A model generated the notes under the pieces. The model made no database searches, had not been told where the DNA came from, and saw nothing but the letters and a program-made list of their open reading frames with translations. Below are positions 38,755 through 49,659 of a DNA stretch of 64,000 nucleotides, piece after piece (within the stretch, counting starts at the first letter, position 1; the number at the start of each line of letters is the position of its first letter). The stretch is from contig CAWIPH010000002.1 in assembly GCA_963837955.1 (NCBI GenBank), positions 1,216,001 through 1,280,000 on the forward strand, given 5' to 3'. Origin of the DNA: an uncultured Verrucomicrobiae bacterium. GTDB taxonomy: Bacteria > Verrucomicrobiota > Verrucomicrobiia > Chthoniobacterales > JAFAMB01. Made by a program: the position numbers and the translations under genes.

Positions 38755-39146
38755 CAGCCACCCCCAACCCGTTTAGCCATGTTGACCTTCGGGTCCGAAA
38801 ATTCGGTGATGTCATCGAGTTTTATCGCGAGTTCCTCCCAGCCATCGGTTTTACCGAACACTGGGAGGGCGAAGAATGGAGAGGCAATTCAGCTATCGGA
38901 GCCTTTCCTTCAAAACCGTTCTTCAGTTTTACCGAGGATCCAAACCATCAACCAAACGGCACCCGGATCGCCTTCTGGGTGAACTCGTCAGCCGAAGTCG
39001 ATCGTGTGGCCGCGATCATTCAGCGGGCCGGAGCCAAAAACATCGAAGGCCCACTTTTTAACCCCGAGTACAACGAGACCTATTACGCCGTGTTCTTTGA
39101 GGATCCGAGCGGAAATCGCCTTGAAGTCGTCCACCGACAGAAATGA
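38739..39146 (+). CDS. VOC/glyoxalase-family protein
   Basis: FSHVDLRV, IAFWV, YYAVFFEDPSGNRLEVV. Confidence 0.88.
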   Translation: MFEGNTATPNPFSHVDLRVRKFGDVIEFYREFLPAIGFTEHWEGEEWRGNSAIGAFPSKPFFSFTEDPNHQPNGTRIAFWVNSSAEVDRVAAIIQRAGAKNIEGPLFNPEYNETYYAVFFEDPSGNRLEVVHRQK

Positions 39147-39153
39147 GGAATGT

Positions 39154-39402
39154 ATGAAAAATGAGTTGAGAAACACAGTGGTGAGTTTAGACCGCCCAGT
39201 TTGGATGATTGCCGGAAACCAAATCTCTTTGGTCCAGCGCCCCGGAATCCTGGCCAGAAAGAGACCTGCAGAGCTGCGCCGGCTGCGCTTAGTGAACCGT
39301 GCCGAGAACGATCTGGCTAGTAGCGTTGCTTATCTAGTCTTAGCGGGTAGCCTGCTCGCTTCGCTGCTAGAGTTCTTCGCTTCGTTGCCTGCTCTTCCTT
39401 GA
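39154..39402 (+). CDS. Hypothetical small protein with C-terminal TM
   Basis: ATG 8 nt after the VOC stop with GAGGA upstream; hydrophobic C-terminus. Confidence 0.35.
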   Translation: MKNELRNTVVSLDRPVWMIAGNQISLVQRPGILARKRPAELRRLRLVNRAENDLASSVAYLVLAGSLLASLLEFFASLPALP

Positions 39403-39574
39403 GCGGGCTCATTCGGCGGGTTGGGAAGAACCATCGAGTCACGAAATATCTAGGGGGGCGAGCTCTATGAGTTTCGGGCGAGCACCCTGGACGTCGGTCT
39501 GGTTACAAATTTTGCGTTCAATTTTCACGCGCGGAACGCTGCGCCGAATACGCGATTGAGCTGACCGCTTCTTT

Positions 39575-41026
39575 TCAACCCCGCAGAAGCTTGGCGATGA
39601 GATCTTCCAGTTGGATTGTAACTATTTTAGAAGAGGTATCGTTGATCGCATAAGGAAGAACGAGGCGGCCGTTATGAATTAACGCGCCGCAGCTGTAGAC
39701 GACATTCGGCACATAGCCTTGCCAGCTCTTTTCGTCGGGTTGCAAAAGTGGTTCGGTGAGTCGCCCGATTACGCGAAAGGGATTCTTCAAGTCCAGTAAG
39801 GCAGCGCCGATGCAGTATTTCCGCAGCGGACCGACTCCATGGGTCACGACCAGCCATCCGGCATCTGTCTCGAGGGGGGAGCCGCAATTGCCCAGCTTCA
39901 CCAGTTCCCAAGGTTGTTCAGGTCGCAACAGGATTTTGGGATCGCTCCAGGAGTGCCGATCATCAGAGAACATCAATAGAATATTTTCGTCGTCTTGCCG
40001 GGAGAGCATTGCGTAGCGTCCGCCGATTCGCCGCGGGAAAAGGGCCATACCTTTATTTTGAACAGCCGGACCATTCAGCGCTCGAATCCGAAAGGAACAG
40101 AAATCGTCGGTCTCGATTAACTGGGGAAGGATTGTGCGTCCGTCATACGCGGTGTAGGTCGCGTAGTAGGTGGCACATTTATCCGGTTCCGTAAATCGTA
40201 CGAATCGGGCATCCTCCAGTCCGTTCCTTTCGTTCGCAGATAGGGGGAAGAGGACACGTTCCGACATCGGCGTGGATCCATGAAAACGAATCTCGTAGTT
40301 TGACTCTGCGAGCCAGTGCACGCATGCCATGGTACGTTGAAATGCTTCCGGGACCTGTTCCTGAATTGGGATAACCTGCGGCAGAGCGTCGTTCAATTCC
40401 GTGAGAGTAAACGGATCGTCGAGCCGCTTCATCATGGACCCCGACCAACCGTTTCCGATTCCCAATTCATTCAGCTTTTCAAAAAAGAGTTTCTTCGGAA
40501 ACCTTGGATTGGATTCAAGCTCCGGAAGGCGTGCAAAAGGGGAGATCTTCTCTAGTTGGATGGAATGATCCGGTCGTATGACGCCGGTACGGAATCCGAG
40601 CGATGAAATATGCCCTTCCCCAACCCCTCGAAGGCTGAGAACAAAACGAAGTTCGTCTTTGGAAAGCCCAGACTGATCCGGGTGCGGTACTATCGACGGA
40701 TTGAAAAGGGCAACGGCTTCAAACGCGTACTCTCCGGTGAAGGCTGCCCCGATCAGCAGGCGCTGAATCTCGGACAAGACTTGTTTGGGTTCAACATGCG
40801 CCTCCAGTTTTTCAAACTGCCGAAGCCACAATTTATCGCTTTCAGGATGCCTGCCGCTAAACTCGGTACGAACGCGAGCAAGCTCCTTTGTCGCTTCCTG
40901 CTCGCTCAGCGCAAGCACGCGATTGATGATGCTGGAGATTTGGCCGGGTCTTATGGGAACGAACGGCCTAATCAAGACGCGACGTGGGTCGGGCTGCAAC
41001 TGAATGCCGGTCGATTCGAGATTCAA
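39575..41026 (-). CDS. Glycoside hydrolase/phosphorylase family 130-like
   Basis: ALFNPS, GLEDARF, YTAYDG, NKGMALFP, GYVPNVVYSCG. Confidence 0.85.
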   Translation of the reverse strand: MNLESTGIQLQPDPRRVLIRPFVPIRPGQISSIINRVLALSEQEATKELARVRTEFSGRHPESDKLWLRQFEKLEAHVEPKQVLSEIQRLLIGAAFTGEYAFEAVALFNPSIVPHPDQSGLSKDELRFVLSLRGVGEGHISSLGFRTGVIRPDHSIQLEKISPFARLPELESNPRFPKKLFFEKLNELGIGNGWSGSMMKRLDDPFTLTELNDALPQVIPIQEQVPEAFQRTMACVHWLAESNYEIRFHGSTPMSERVLFPLSANERNGLEDARFVRFTEPDKCATYYATYTAYDGRTILPQLIETDDFCSFRIRALNGPAVQNKGMALFPRRIGGRYAMLSRQDDENILLMFSDDRHSWSDPKILLRPEQPWELVKLGNCGSPLETDAGWLVVTHGVGPLRKYCIGAALLDLKNPFRVIGRLTEPLLQPDEKSWQGYVPNVVYSCGALIHNGRLVLPYAINDTSSKIVTIQLEDLIAKLLRG

Positions 41027-43326
41027 GCCGCACCTAATTTCTGGGCTTCGCGGTAGAAGCTCGTTTCCGCCCGCGTCATTTCAGCCAACGAGAGGAGGAA
41101 CGCAAGGCTTGATTCGGCGCCCTGGTTTTGGTTCAAGCGATCGGAGTGCAGCGCGTCGCTGCAACCACCGGTCCTGGAATCGTACAACGATAATCCGAGA
41201 TCGTTGCGACCAAGAAACCACTCGAAGCAACGCCGGGCGGCCAGGTGCCAAAAATCGTCGCCGGTGAGTCCGTAAGCTTCCAGACATGCAGTAATCATGG
41301 CGTTGGCTTCAATGGGCTGCTGATCGAACCGCGCCGGCTGGCCGTTTCGAGGGTAGAAACCATTGCAACCGATCGGGGCGAAATGTCCGGCCTCCGTCGT
41401 CTGAATTCCCACCAGCCACCGAAGCGATCTCAAGCCAACCTGGAAAACCTCTCCGCGCGACGTCCAATAACCGCTTAAAATCAACGCGTGGGACAATCTT
41501 GCGTTGTCGTATGTTGCTACTGGCTCAAACCAGGGCCACTCTTCCGATTCATTATTCCGGAAGATTCCGACCAATCGGTCAGTGAGCAGATCGCGGAGCT
41601 GATTCACCGTTCGATCACCGGAAAATGATCGGAGATATTCTTGGATCGCGAGAAGAGCGAATGCCCAGGCCCGAGGAGAAGTGAACTGTTCGACAACTGG
41701 AAGTCCTTGCTGGAACAAGAGCGCGCAAAGATTGCGGTGACCCTCGTTCTGCGAGCGGCCAAGAGCTGCGCCGGTTGCCCAAAGCGCTCGGGCGTGACTA
41801 TCTTCGGAACCGGCTGTTTCCAGCCATTCCCGTTGATGGCTCATGAAATTCCGGAATCGACAAATTTTTGGATCAAAGGCATTCCAAATGAACGCCAGGT
41901 AAATGCTGGCGAGCCGTTCGAGTTCTTCCTTCGAAATTCGGCTGGTTGTCTCTTCCAAGTGTAACGCCAGGATAAAAGCCCGAGCATTATCGTCGATGCA
42001 GTAGCCTTCCCGGTAATTTGGCACGTTGAAGATTGCGTGCTGAAAAATTCCGGTATCGTCGGTCATGCGAAGGAGGTGATCTAACTTGAATGGTGGCAAC
42101 TGATAAGGCCGGTTCTCGAGCGTCCTCACTGCAAACGATTTCCGTGGTGGCAGGCTAAGGCTTGCTCGCGCGCGTCCGAAACTCTCCATGTGTTGTCGGG
42201 CTACGACGGGCCAGATCATTGCCCGACCGAGCTTCCAGGCCCGTTTGCGTGTAGCATTCATGAGCGTTGGGTCGGAAAGGAATCGGTTTACGGCCTCGCT
42301 GATCGCGGCGGAATTAGAAAACGGCACCAGAAGGCCGCGGCCGTCGGCCAGCAACTCCTGGGCATGCCAATAAGGCGTTGAGACCACCGCCTTCCCGGCA
42401 GCAAAAGTGAAGGCCAGCGTACCGGAAGTAATTTGTGATTCGTTGAGGTAGGGCGTGATATAGATATCGGCTGCGCCAATAAATTCGTTCAGTTCCTCCA
42501 TCGTCACGAAACGGTTGTAAAAGATCACGTTACGCGTGACATGCCGATCGTGGGCCAAGCGTTCGAGTTTCAACCGATAAGATTCTCCTTCCCGTGCGAC
42601 GAGGTGGGGATGAGTCGCGCCTAGTACGATGTAGACAACGTTGGGGTGGCTTTCCAAGATTTTCGGCAACGCCTCGATGACAAACTCGATCCCTTTGTTG
42701 GGAGACAGTAAGCCAAACGTGAGCAGTACCGTTTTTCCCTCTACGCCGAACTGATCTTTGTAGAAACTCGGATCAATAAAGGGCGAATCCGGAGCCCCAT
42801 GGGGAATCACATCGATCTTCTGACTAGATATGCCGTAGATCTCTTCCAAAAGGTGACGCCCACGATCGGCCATGACGATGAAGCGACTTGAGAGTTCATC
42901 AAGCTGTTTCATCACAGCGCGTTGCTCGTTGGTCGGGTCGCGCAACACCGTATGCAGAGTCGTTACCACTGGCATATTCACGTCGCGCAAGAAGGCGATG
43001 AGATGGCTACCAGCAACACCGCCGTAGATACCAAATTCGTGCTGAACCGAGACCACCTCGATGTTGTTGATGTTCAGGAAATCCGCTGCCCTGCGATACG
43101 AATCCAACTCCTTTTCGTCGATTTCAAAACGAACCCGGGGAGGGTAATCATATCCTTCAGGCCGGTCGTTCACGGCGCCCACGATTGCATGGCAGTCGGG
43201 ATATGCCGTGGCTACGGCCTCGCAGAGATCGTTAGTATAGGTAGCGATGCCGCACTGCCGCGGAAGATGATCTCCCAGAAAAGCGATTCGATTAACAGTA
43301 GAGGTTCTTTCCATCGGCTGCACCAT
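41023..43326 (-). CDS. GT4 glycosyltransferase with C-terminal glycosidase-like domain
   Basis: PRQCGIAT, QHEFGIYGG, FGLLSPNKG, TSGTL; C-terminal GYCIDDNARA, FDQQPIE, NQGAES. Confidence 0.85.
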   Translation of the reverse strand: MVQPMERTSTVNRIAFLGDHLPRQCGIATYTNDLCEAVATAYPDCHAIVGAVNDRPEGYDYPPRVRFEIDEKELDSYRRAADFLNINNIEVVSVQHEFGIYGGVAGSHLIAFLRDVNMPVVTTLHTVLRDPTNEQRAVMKQLDELSSRFIVMADRGRHLLEEIYGISSQKIDVIPHGAPDSPFIDPSFYKDQFGVEGKTVLLTFGLLSPNKGIEFVIEALPKILESHPNVVYIVLGATHPHLVAREGESYRLKLERLAHDRHVTRNVIFYNRFVTMEELNEFIGAADIYITPYLNESQITSGTLAFTFAAGKAVVSTPYWHAQELLADGRGLLVPFSNSAAISEAVNRFLSDPTLMNATRKRAWKLGRAMIWPVVARQHMESFGRARASLSLPPRKSFAVRTLENRPYQLPPFKLDHLLRMTDDTGIFQHAIFNVPNYREGYCIDDNARAFILALHLEETTSRISKEELERLASIYLAFIWNAFDPKICRFRNFMSHQREWLETAGSEDSHARALWATGAALGRSQNEGHRNLCALLFQQGLPVVEQFTSPRAWAFALLAIQEYLRSFSGDRTVNQLRDLLTDRLVGIFRNNESEEWPWFEPVATYDNARLSHALILSGYWTSRGEVFQVGLRSLRWLVGIQTTEAGHFAPIGCNGFYPRNGQPARFDQQPIEANAMITACLEAYGLTGDDFWHLAARRCFEWFLGRNDLGLSLYDSRTGGCSDALHSDRLNQNQGAESSLAFLLSLAEMTRAETSFYREAQKLGAA

Positions 43327-43513
43327 GCGATCGGAGTTGGCGTTCCGCTCATCTGGCGTCGAGCCGTTTTACCCGTTAGCGCCAGGAACCTCTCACGTAA
43401 GTTAGGCGCTGTCGCAGAAAAAGCGCCCAGAAGCTAGACTTCTCCACCGTAAAAAAAGGTGATTCTTCAAAGTTTAGCATTGAAAGGCGCAAAATTTTCG
43501 GAAACTTTTCTTT

Positions 43514-43651
43514 GTGGCAATCTCTAAGGAAGAAAAGCCTTCGTCCCTCGAGAAAGGCAAGGTACATCACGCTTCGGATGACGCAGCGGTCAAGGAGGCC
43601 GAGAAGATCCTCCGAAAGTATAGTGCAACCATGGGCAAGTTTGCTGAGTGA
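43514..43651 (+). CDS. Putative 45-aa antitoxin (not in ORF track)
   Basis: GTG start: MAISKEEKPSSLEKGKVHHASDDAAVKEAEKILRKYSATMGKFAE*; stop overlaps the Doc start (GTGA). Confidence 0.6.
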   Translation: MAISKEEKPSSLEKGKVHHASDDAAVKEAEKILRKYSATMGKFAE

Positions 43652-44055
43652 TTGAGTATCTTACGATCGTTCAGATTGATAAATTCCATCAGTTGGTAGT
43701 GGACCGCTTCGGCGGCAAGCCCGGCACTCGCGACTACACCAGCCTGAAGATGGCTTGCGAAGCGCCCATAAACGTATCTCGGGACGAAAATGGAGACCTC
43801 TTCGACCAGGCGGCCGCTTATGCGTCTTCGATCATCCAAAACCAGCCTTACCACGACGGGAACAGGCGTACCGGGCTAACGGCCGCGCTCGTATTTCTGG
43901 GGCTCAACGGTTACGGGAATCACAAATATTACGAGCCGCTCTTGCAAGAGGCCGTTCGTTATTTGGCTGAGCAAAAGATGACTCGATCGGAATTTGCACA
44001 ATACCTGCGCGAGGCTTACGACGGCACGCGCGGTACGTGGGAGAGTGCGCAATAG
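43648..44055 (+). CDS. Doc/Fic-family protein with atypical motif
   Basis: FGGKPGTRD, AAAYASSIIQNQPYHDGNRRTG. Confidence 0.8.
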   Translation: MIEYLTIVQIDKFHQLVVDRFGGKPGTRDYTSLKMACEAPINVSRDENGDLFDQAAAYASSIIQNQPYHDGNRRTGLTAALVFLGLNGYGNHKYYEPLLQEAVRYLAEQKMTRSEFAQYLREAYDGTRGTWESAQ

Positions 44056-44151
44056 CTTATCGTGATTTTTTTCGCAGCGATCGTTAGTTCTTGATGCAGA
44101 CAACGATCTCGGAGATACGACCGCCCATCGAAGCTGCAGCGAGCTTTGGTT

Positions 44152-44265
44152 ATGCCAGAAAAGAAAACTGTCGAACGGGCGCGCAAGGCGAAGCGACAAG
44201 GCAAGGCACCGTCGACACAGGCGGGCGAGTTTGTGCGCGAGGAAATGGAGCACATCCGCGAAGGC
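44152..44265 (+). pseudogene. Truncated basic DNA-binding-protein-like gene
   Basis: MPEKKTVERARKAKRQGKAPSTQAGEFVREEMEHIREG matches the N-terminus of a family I recall continuing KHGARS..QAIAIGLS; here the similarity stops. Confidence 0.5.
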
Positions 44266-44331
44266 AATCTCTCAGAACCCCTTATCGTGCGGCTTTCCGT
44301 GAAGCCAAGCCATGCACCCTGCCCCGTATTG

Positions 44332-44469
44332 CTACGTTCCCCTGACCAGTCTGATCACGAATGTGATGACCGCAAGAACGAGCAGAATATGGATGAACGC
44401 TCCCAATGCGTGAGTAGCAAATCCCAGCACCCATAAAATCACCAAAATGACTATGATTGTCCAAAGCAT
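44332..44469 (-). CDS. lmo0937-family small membrane protein (not in ORF track)
   Basis: MLWTIIVILVILWVLGFATHALGAFIHILLVLAVITFVIRLVRGT*. Confidence 0.85.
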   Translation of the reverse strand: MLWTIIVILVILWVLGFATHALGAFIHILLVLAVITFVIRLVRGT

Positions 44470-44673
44470 AAGATCGCTCGCTGTGAGCACAGTCAGTTTG
44501 TGCCGGACGAAAGATCCGGATGTCTCGTCTCGAGGATTAACGGCAAGAGCCTAACTTCGTCAGATGCCTGGCAAGTCTTTCGTTTCGATGTCCATAGACA
44601 TCCAGCGGCATCGAGCGAGCCGATTTAGAGATGCTAGCCGCTTTAATGGCCATTGCCGGCCAGCGATACCAGC

Positions 44674-45789
44674 ATGCAAAATCCGAAATTGAGGACCAAC
44701 GGAGAAGAATCGCCTCCTCTCCCCGTAAACGTCGAAGACGCTTTATCTTCGCCTTCTGATATCCGATCCTTCGCCGTCACCGGCCTTTTTGTTCTCGCGA
44801 TATTTTACACGTTTTATTTTGCCGCGGATTTCATTTTGCTGGTCATCCTTGCTCTCATGATGAGCCTGTTGCTCTTGCCGGCCGTCCGCTTTTTGCGGAA
44901 AGCGAGAATTCCAGAAGGGTTTGGAGCCGCCATAGCAATTATTGCTCTCATTGTTCTGTTGCTCGGGCTTGGCTCTCTCATCACCCGTCCTTTGGCTGCC
45001 TTCGTCGGTGATTTTCCAGGGAACCTGGATAAAATCCGAAATCGAGTATCCTTCCTGAGCGGGCCCTTGACGGAAATGACCGAGGCTTCGAAGCAGGTAG
45101 AGCAATTGTTACCTTCCAATCAGGGTGCTGTCACCTTGGTCGCTCTGAAGCAACAGTCGCTTTTGCAGATTCTTTTCAGCCAGACGCCCGGTTTCTTAGC
45201 TAAGGTAGTGGTAGTTGTAGTCCTCAGTTACTTCCTTTTGGTTCACGGAGAACTCTTCATCCGGAAGGCAGTTAAAATAGTGCCGACGTTTCAAGACAAG
45301 CGGCGGGTTGTTGAGATCGCCAGAGAAATCGAGACAAGTATATCGCGGTACCTAACGTCGGTGACCTTACTCAATCTAGGTCTTGGTACGTGTGTGGGAA
45401 CGGTCGCTGCGCTAGTTGGACTACCTAATCCGTTTATGTGGGGCGGAGCTGCTTTTTTGTTGAACTATATTCCCTTTATCGGCTCCGCTTGCGGAATCGT
45501 GCTCATAGCAATAGCCTCGTTCATCCAATTCGAAAACATCTGGTACGCATGCTTGGCGCCGGCGGCTTACTTTTGCTTGAATGTCTTGGAGAGCAACTTC
45601 GTGACGCCCCACGTGCTGGGCCGATGGATGACCTTGAATCCGGTAGCCATAATCATCTCTTTTCTTTTTTGGGGATGGTTATGGGGCGTGCCCGGCACGC
45701 TGTTGGCCGTTCCGATCCTGGCTGCCACTAAGATCTTCTGTGATCACATCGCAGAGTTGGCGTCTCTCGGAGAGTTTCTAGGCGAGTAG
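44674..45789 (+). CDS. AI-2E family transporter
   Basis: LNYIPFIG, LESNFVTP, WGWLWGVPGTLLAVP. Confidence 0.88.
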   Translation: MQNPKLRTNGEESPPLPVNVEDALSSPSDIRSFAVTGLFVLAIFYTFYFAADFILLVILALMMSLLLLPAVRFLRKARIPEGFGAAIAIIALIVLLLGLGSLITRPLAAFVGDFPGNLDKIRNRVSFLSGPLTEMTEASKQVEQLLPSNQGAVTLVALKQQSLLQILFSQTPGFLAKVVVVVVLSYFLLVHGELFIRKAVKIVPTFQDKRRVVEIAREIETSISRYLTSVTLLNLGLGTCVGTVAALVGLPNPFMWGGAAFLLNYIPFIGSACGIVLIAIASFIQFENIWYACLAPAAYFCLNVLESNFVTPHVLGRWMTLNPVAIIISFLFWGWLWGVPGTLLAVPILAATKIFCDHIAELASLGEFLGE

Positions 45790-45805
45790 AAAGCGGACAG
45801 ATTTG

Positions 45806-46804
45806 TTATTCGATCCGCTGTGTTCGTGTTGCGCTTTGCAGAACGGCTCTTAGTTTTGCGGCAACAAAATTAACTTGGGGCGGTTTGAACATCACCCCGT
45901 GGGACCCGGGAACGCGAATGATTTCAAGCCCCTGCTCGGCATAGGCCGACCATCCCAGATCGTCCAGATATTCAAATCCCTCGTGACTATATTCCGCTCT
46001 GAAGAGTGTCAGCCTACCGGAAAAAGGGCCCGGCCGATAATTATCTAACATCTTTTCGTGGGCCGCAGAGATAGAAACTCGCCGAAGATATTCCGGTACA
46101 ATTTCGGCCTTCTTCTGATGAAAAAACATCTGCAGGTCTTCGCGCATCTTGTTTATATGAATATCAATTTTTCCTCTGACCCGATCGGTCAGATAGCGAA
46201 ATCGCTGACCGGCAGCCATGGAGGCTATCTCGTTAAGCCGCTTGTTCGCGCGTTCGACCAATTTCTGTCGGCGCCGCGGTTTTGCTGGATTAACTGTATC
46301 AAAGAGAGCGACTAACGGCACGTCTTCCCCCAGTGATTTTAGACGGCAAGCAATTTCATAGGCGACAACGCCCCCGAAGGAGTAACCGCCGAGCAGGTAG
46401 GGCCCTTTTTCGCGAACTTTTCTGATCTCCTCGATGTAGTCGACTGCCAGTGCTTCGATTGTGGTCTGTCTGATTTGGCTGCCATCCAATCCTTGAGATT
46501 GTAGGGCGTAGAATGGCTGATCGCGGCCGAGAAGCAGAGTCAGCGGGATATACAGGACCACCTTCCCATAGACACCGTGAATTGCGAAAAATGGAGTTTG
46601 AGACCCTTCGCTCTGGATCGGAACAAGTGATTTCAAATCGGGTGCCAACCTCTCTGCCGTTACGCGCCTACGCACTTCTCTGACGAAGCCTGGTAGGCGG
46701 AAATGTCTCTTCTGAATGATGTTGCCATTTGCTCTGACAGCCGGGGCTCCGATCGCGATTTTGAGCGCGTCGCAATCACGATTACGATGACCAACACTGT
46801 GCAA
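45806..46804 (-). CDS. Stand-alone NRPS/PKS-type thioesterase domain (start uncertain)
   Basis: LVPIQSEGSQTPFFAIHG, GPYLLGGYSFGG (GxSxG), VPGSHG. Confidence 0.75.
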   Translation of the reverse strand: MHSVGHRNRDCDALKIAIGAPAVRANGNIIQKRHFRLPGFVREVRRRVTAERLAPDLKSLVPIQSEGSQTPFFAIHGVYGKVVLYIPLTLLLGRDQPFYALQSQGLDGSQIRQTTIEALAVDYIEEIRKVREKGPYLLGGYSFGGVVAYEIACRLKSLGEDVPLVALFDTVNPAKPRRRQKLVERANKRLNEIASMAAGQRFRYLTDRVRGKIDIHINKMREDLQMFFHQKKAEIVPEYLRRVSISAAHEKMLDNYRPGPFSGRLTLFRAEYSHEGFEYLDDLGWSAYAEQGLEIIRVPGSHGVMFKPPQVNFVAAKLRAVLQSATRTQRIE

Positions 46805-47034
46805 AAGAGAATTCCCATCTTGCCCCTTACTATGTTATCGGCTGTCGGCAGATTTTATTGAACGGTTCGCCGATTCGGAATCCGAACGGCGGTTAAGCTA
46901 TCACCCCGGCGATTAGCGAAGCCGGCGCATTTGTAATCGCTGGTCGCCGTGATGGCTCTAGGTCCTCAAAGCGCAAATCATCAGACTGGTTGGGTGGGCT
47001 CATTGTCTCGCTAGATTCTACGTACAACAGGTTT

Positions 47035-47064
47035 ACAGAACATGGCTAGGGCGGAATCGAACCG
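47035..47064 (-). repeat. att-like copy of the tRNA-Phe 3' end
   Basis: ACAGAACATGGCTAGGGCGGAATCGAACCG versus ACAGAACATATGGCTAGGGGCGGAATCGAACCG at 50626-50658. Confidence 0.8.
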
Positions 47065-47082
47065 GCCGCTGACCACGCCGCT

Positions 47083-47142
47083 CGCGACTCGGCGCGCTAT
47101 TCGATCGTGACCGCGGAATGGCCTGCGGTGAAGCAACGGATG
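47083..47142 (+). pseudogene. C-terminal remnant of a RimJ/RimL-type acetyltransferase
   Basis: RDSARYSIVTAEWPAVKQRM with no N-terminal part; begins just inside the att repeat. Confidence 0.45.
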
Positions 47143-47324
47143 ATCCACCGTTCTAAGTCGCGCGGCTCTGTTGAATTTTCAAGGATCTAACGCTCTAGCA
47201 CGTTATCTGCTCCCGAGCCCCGCGATCGCTCGACCATAGGCCGTTCAACTTACGCGAGCCGCGCCCGGGCCAAATTGGTTAAACAACTGAACAAAAACAG
47301 ACTAATCGATCGTTTAGAGACACT

Positions 47325-49499
47325 ATGAGTTCAAGCATCTCCCGACTTCAGGCGATCAGCGCCGCGAGCAATTTCAAATCTCCGGCCACACCAGTAAACT
47401 TCCGCGCAAGTTTCGCGACGGAACTCTACGGTACGAACGTGTTCAGCCCGGCGGTGATGAAGGACCGCTTACCCAAACCGATCTACAAAGGCATAATGCA
47501 AACGATCGAGAGTGGGTCGAAACTTGACGCGACCGCTGCCGATGTCGTGGCTTCAGCGATGAAGGATTGGGCCATCGAAAAGGGTGCCACTCATTATGCT
47601 CACGTCTTCTATCCACTCACGGGCGTCTCCGCCGAGAAACATGACTCTTTCCTTTCTCCCGATGGTTTGGGCAGCGCAATCACCGAGTTTTCCGGTAAAA
47701 CGCTCATTCAGGGTGAACCTGACGCTTCCAGCTTCCCCAGCGGTGGACTGCGATCTACGTTTGAGGCGCGCGGCTACACTGCCTGGGACGTGACCAGCCC
47801 GGCCTATATTCTGGAGAATCCCAACGGAACTACTCTTTGCATTCCGACCGCGTTCATCTCCTGGACCGGAGATGTGCTCGACAGCAAGACGCCGCTGCTC
47901 CGTGCCATGCAAGCCCTTGATGAGCAGGTCCGCCGTGTGCTGAAACTATTCGGTCACGACAAGATTGCTCACATTTCCAGCACCGGTGGCCCCGAACAGG
48001 AGTACTTCCTTATTGATCGGAGTTTCTTCTACGCTCGCCCTGACCTACTGAATGCCGGACGTACACTCTTCGGGGCGAAGCCCCCGAAAGGCCAGGAATT
48101 TGAAGACCACTATTTCGGGTCTATTCCCGAGCGGGTTCTCGCGTTTATGCTGGATGTCGAACGTGAACTCTTTAAGCTCGGCATACCGATCAAGACGCGA
48201 CACAACGAAGTGGCTCCCGGCCAATTTGAGGTGGCGCCGGTTTACGAATCCTCGAACCTCGCCGCGGATCACCAGCAACTGGTGATGACGTTTTTAAAGA
48301 GTGTCGCTGAGAAATACGGTCTAGCCTGCTTGTTGTCCGAAAAGCCATTCGCCGGCGTGAACGGAAGCGGAAAACACCTGAATTTTTCACTGGGGAATGC
48401 GACTCAGGGCAACTTGCTCGATCCTGGTGACACGCCGCACGCCAATGCTCAGTTTCTGGTGCTCTGCGGCGCCGTCATCCGTGCAGTCAGCCTCCACGCC
48501 AAACTCTTGCGCGCCGTTGTCGCCGGCGCCGGGAACGATCATCGCCTTGGCGCTAATGAGGCGCCTCCTGCGATCATTTCTATCTTCCTCGGCGAGCAAC
48601 TCACCGATGTCTTCGAGCAGATCAAGGCAGGCGGAGCCAAGAGCAGCAAGGCGAAGAGCTCGCTCAACATCGGGGTAGACGTTTTGCCAACATTGCCCAA
48701 AGACGCAGGCGACCGCAACCGTACCAGCCCCTTCGCCTTTACCGGAAACCGATTCGAGTTCCGTGCGGTCGGCTCCAGCCAATCCATTGGCGCGGCGATT
48801 CTCACGTTGAACGTCATCTTGGCTGAATCGATCGATTTCCTCGCAACCGAGCTGGAAAAAGCCGGTCCAGACAAACTGAACGAGACGATTCAGAAGCTGC
48901 TGAAGGATATCATCGACGAGCACGGGAGCGTCATTTTCAACGGTAACGGCTACTGTGCCGAATGGCATACCGAGGCTGAAAGACGCGGGCTACCGAACCT
49001 CAAAACCACGATTGATGCCTTGCCGGCCTACACCTTGCCGAGCACTATCGCCGCCTATGAAAAATACGGGATCCTGACGGCCCGCGAACTCGAGAGTCGC
49101 AAGGAAATTGCGTACGAACACTACGTAAAATCGGTTAATGTCGAGGCGAACACAGTAATCGAAATGGCGAACACGATCATCTATCCCGCGGCAATGCGCT
49201 ACCAGAGTGAGCTGGCCGATACTGCTGCTAAATTAAAAGCCGCGGGTCTGGCAGCGGATACAACTGTTCTGGAAAAAGTGACCGATCTGATCAAGGCTCT
49301 ACTGACCGGGGTGGGCAAAGTGGAAAGCACCCTGAATCACGGGTCGAATGGGTCGGCAGAGGGACACGCCAAGCATTTCCAGGAAGCGGTTCTTCCGGCC
49401 ATGCTGGAAACGCGTATCGCGGCAGACGCCCTTGAGGGTATCGTGGCCGACGACCTCTGGCCGCTACCAACTTACCAGGAAATGCTTTTTATCAAGTAG
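47325..49499 (+). CDS. Glutamine synthetase type III
   Basis: 724 aa; [61 protein letters not shown]. Confidence 0.95.
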   Translation: MSSSISRLQAISAASNFKSPATPVNFRASFATELYGTNVFSPAVMKDRLPKPIYKGIMQTIESGSKLDATAADVVASAMKDWAIEKGATHYAHVFYPLTGVSAEKHDSFLSPDGLGSAITEFSGKTLIQGEPDASSFPSGGLRSTFEARGYTAWDVTSPAYILENPNGTTLCIPTAFISWTGDVLDSKTPLLRAMQALDEQVRRVLKLFGHDKIAHISSTGGPEQEYFLIDRSFFYARPDLLNAGRTLFGAKPPKGQEFEDHYFGSIPERVLAFMLDVERELFKLGIPIKTRHNEVAPGQFEVAPVYESSNLAADHQQLVMTFLKSVAEKYGLACLLSEKPFAGVNGSGKHLNFSLGNATQGNLLDPGDTPHANAQFLVLCGAVIRAVSLHAKLLRAVVAGAGNDHRLGANEAPPAIISIFLGEQLTDVFEQIKAGGAKSSKAKSSLNIGVDVLPTLPKDAGDRNRTSPFAFTGNRFEFRAVGSSQSIGAAILTLNVILAESIDFLATELEKAGPDKLNETIQKLLKDIIDEHGSVIFNGNGYCAEWHTEAERRGLPNLKTTIDALPAYTLPSTIAAYEKYGILTARELESRKEIAYEHYVKSVNVEANTVIEMANTIIYPAAMRYQSELADTAAKLKAAGLAADTTVLEKVTDLIKALLTGVGKVESTLNHGSNGSAEGHAKHFQEAVLPAMLETRIAADALEGIVADDLWPLPTYQEMLFIK

Positions 49500-49659
49500 A
49501 TGGGACGATTGAGGTTGCGGCGGCGCCGCGCTAATCTGCAGTTAGCTCTCGAATTCGGCTTTCGAGAGGGCCGTTGGTAAAATCGCGAGCCCTCCTCTGT
49601 TGTTTGCTATTAGCCGGCGGAAAGGGGTAAAATCAGCCTTGCCTTGGCCGAAACCGCAC

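Noticed and set aside
47195..47211. Sigma-54-like promoter CTAGCACGTTATCTGCT before GS-III
   Set aside because: The invariant -24 GG reads AG, so it is not supportable without data.
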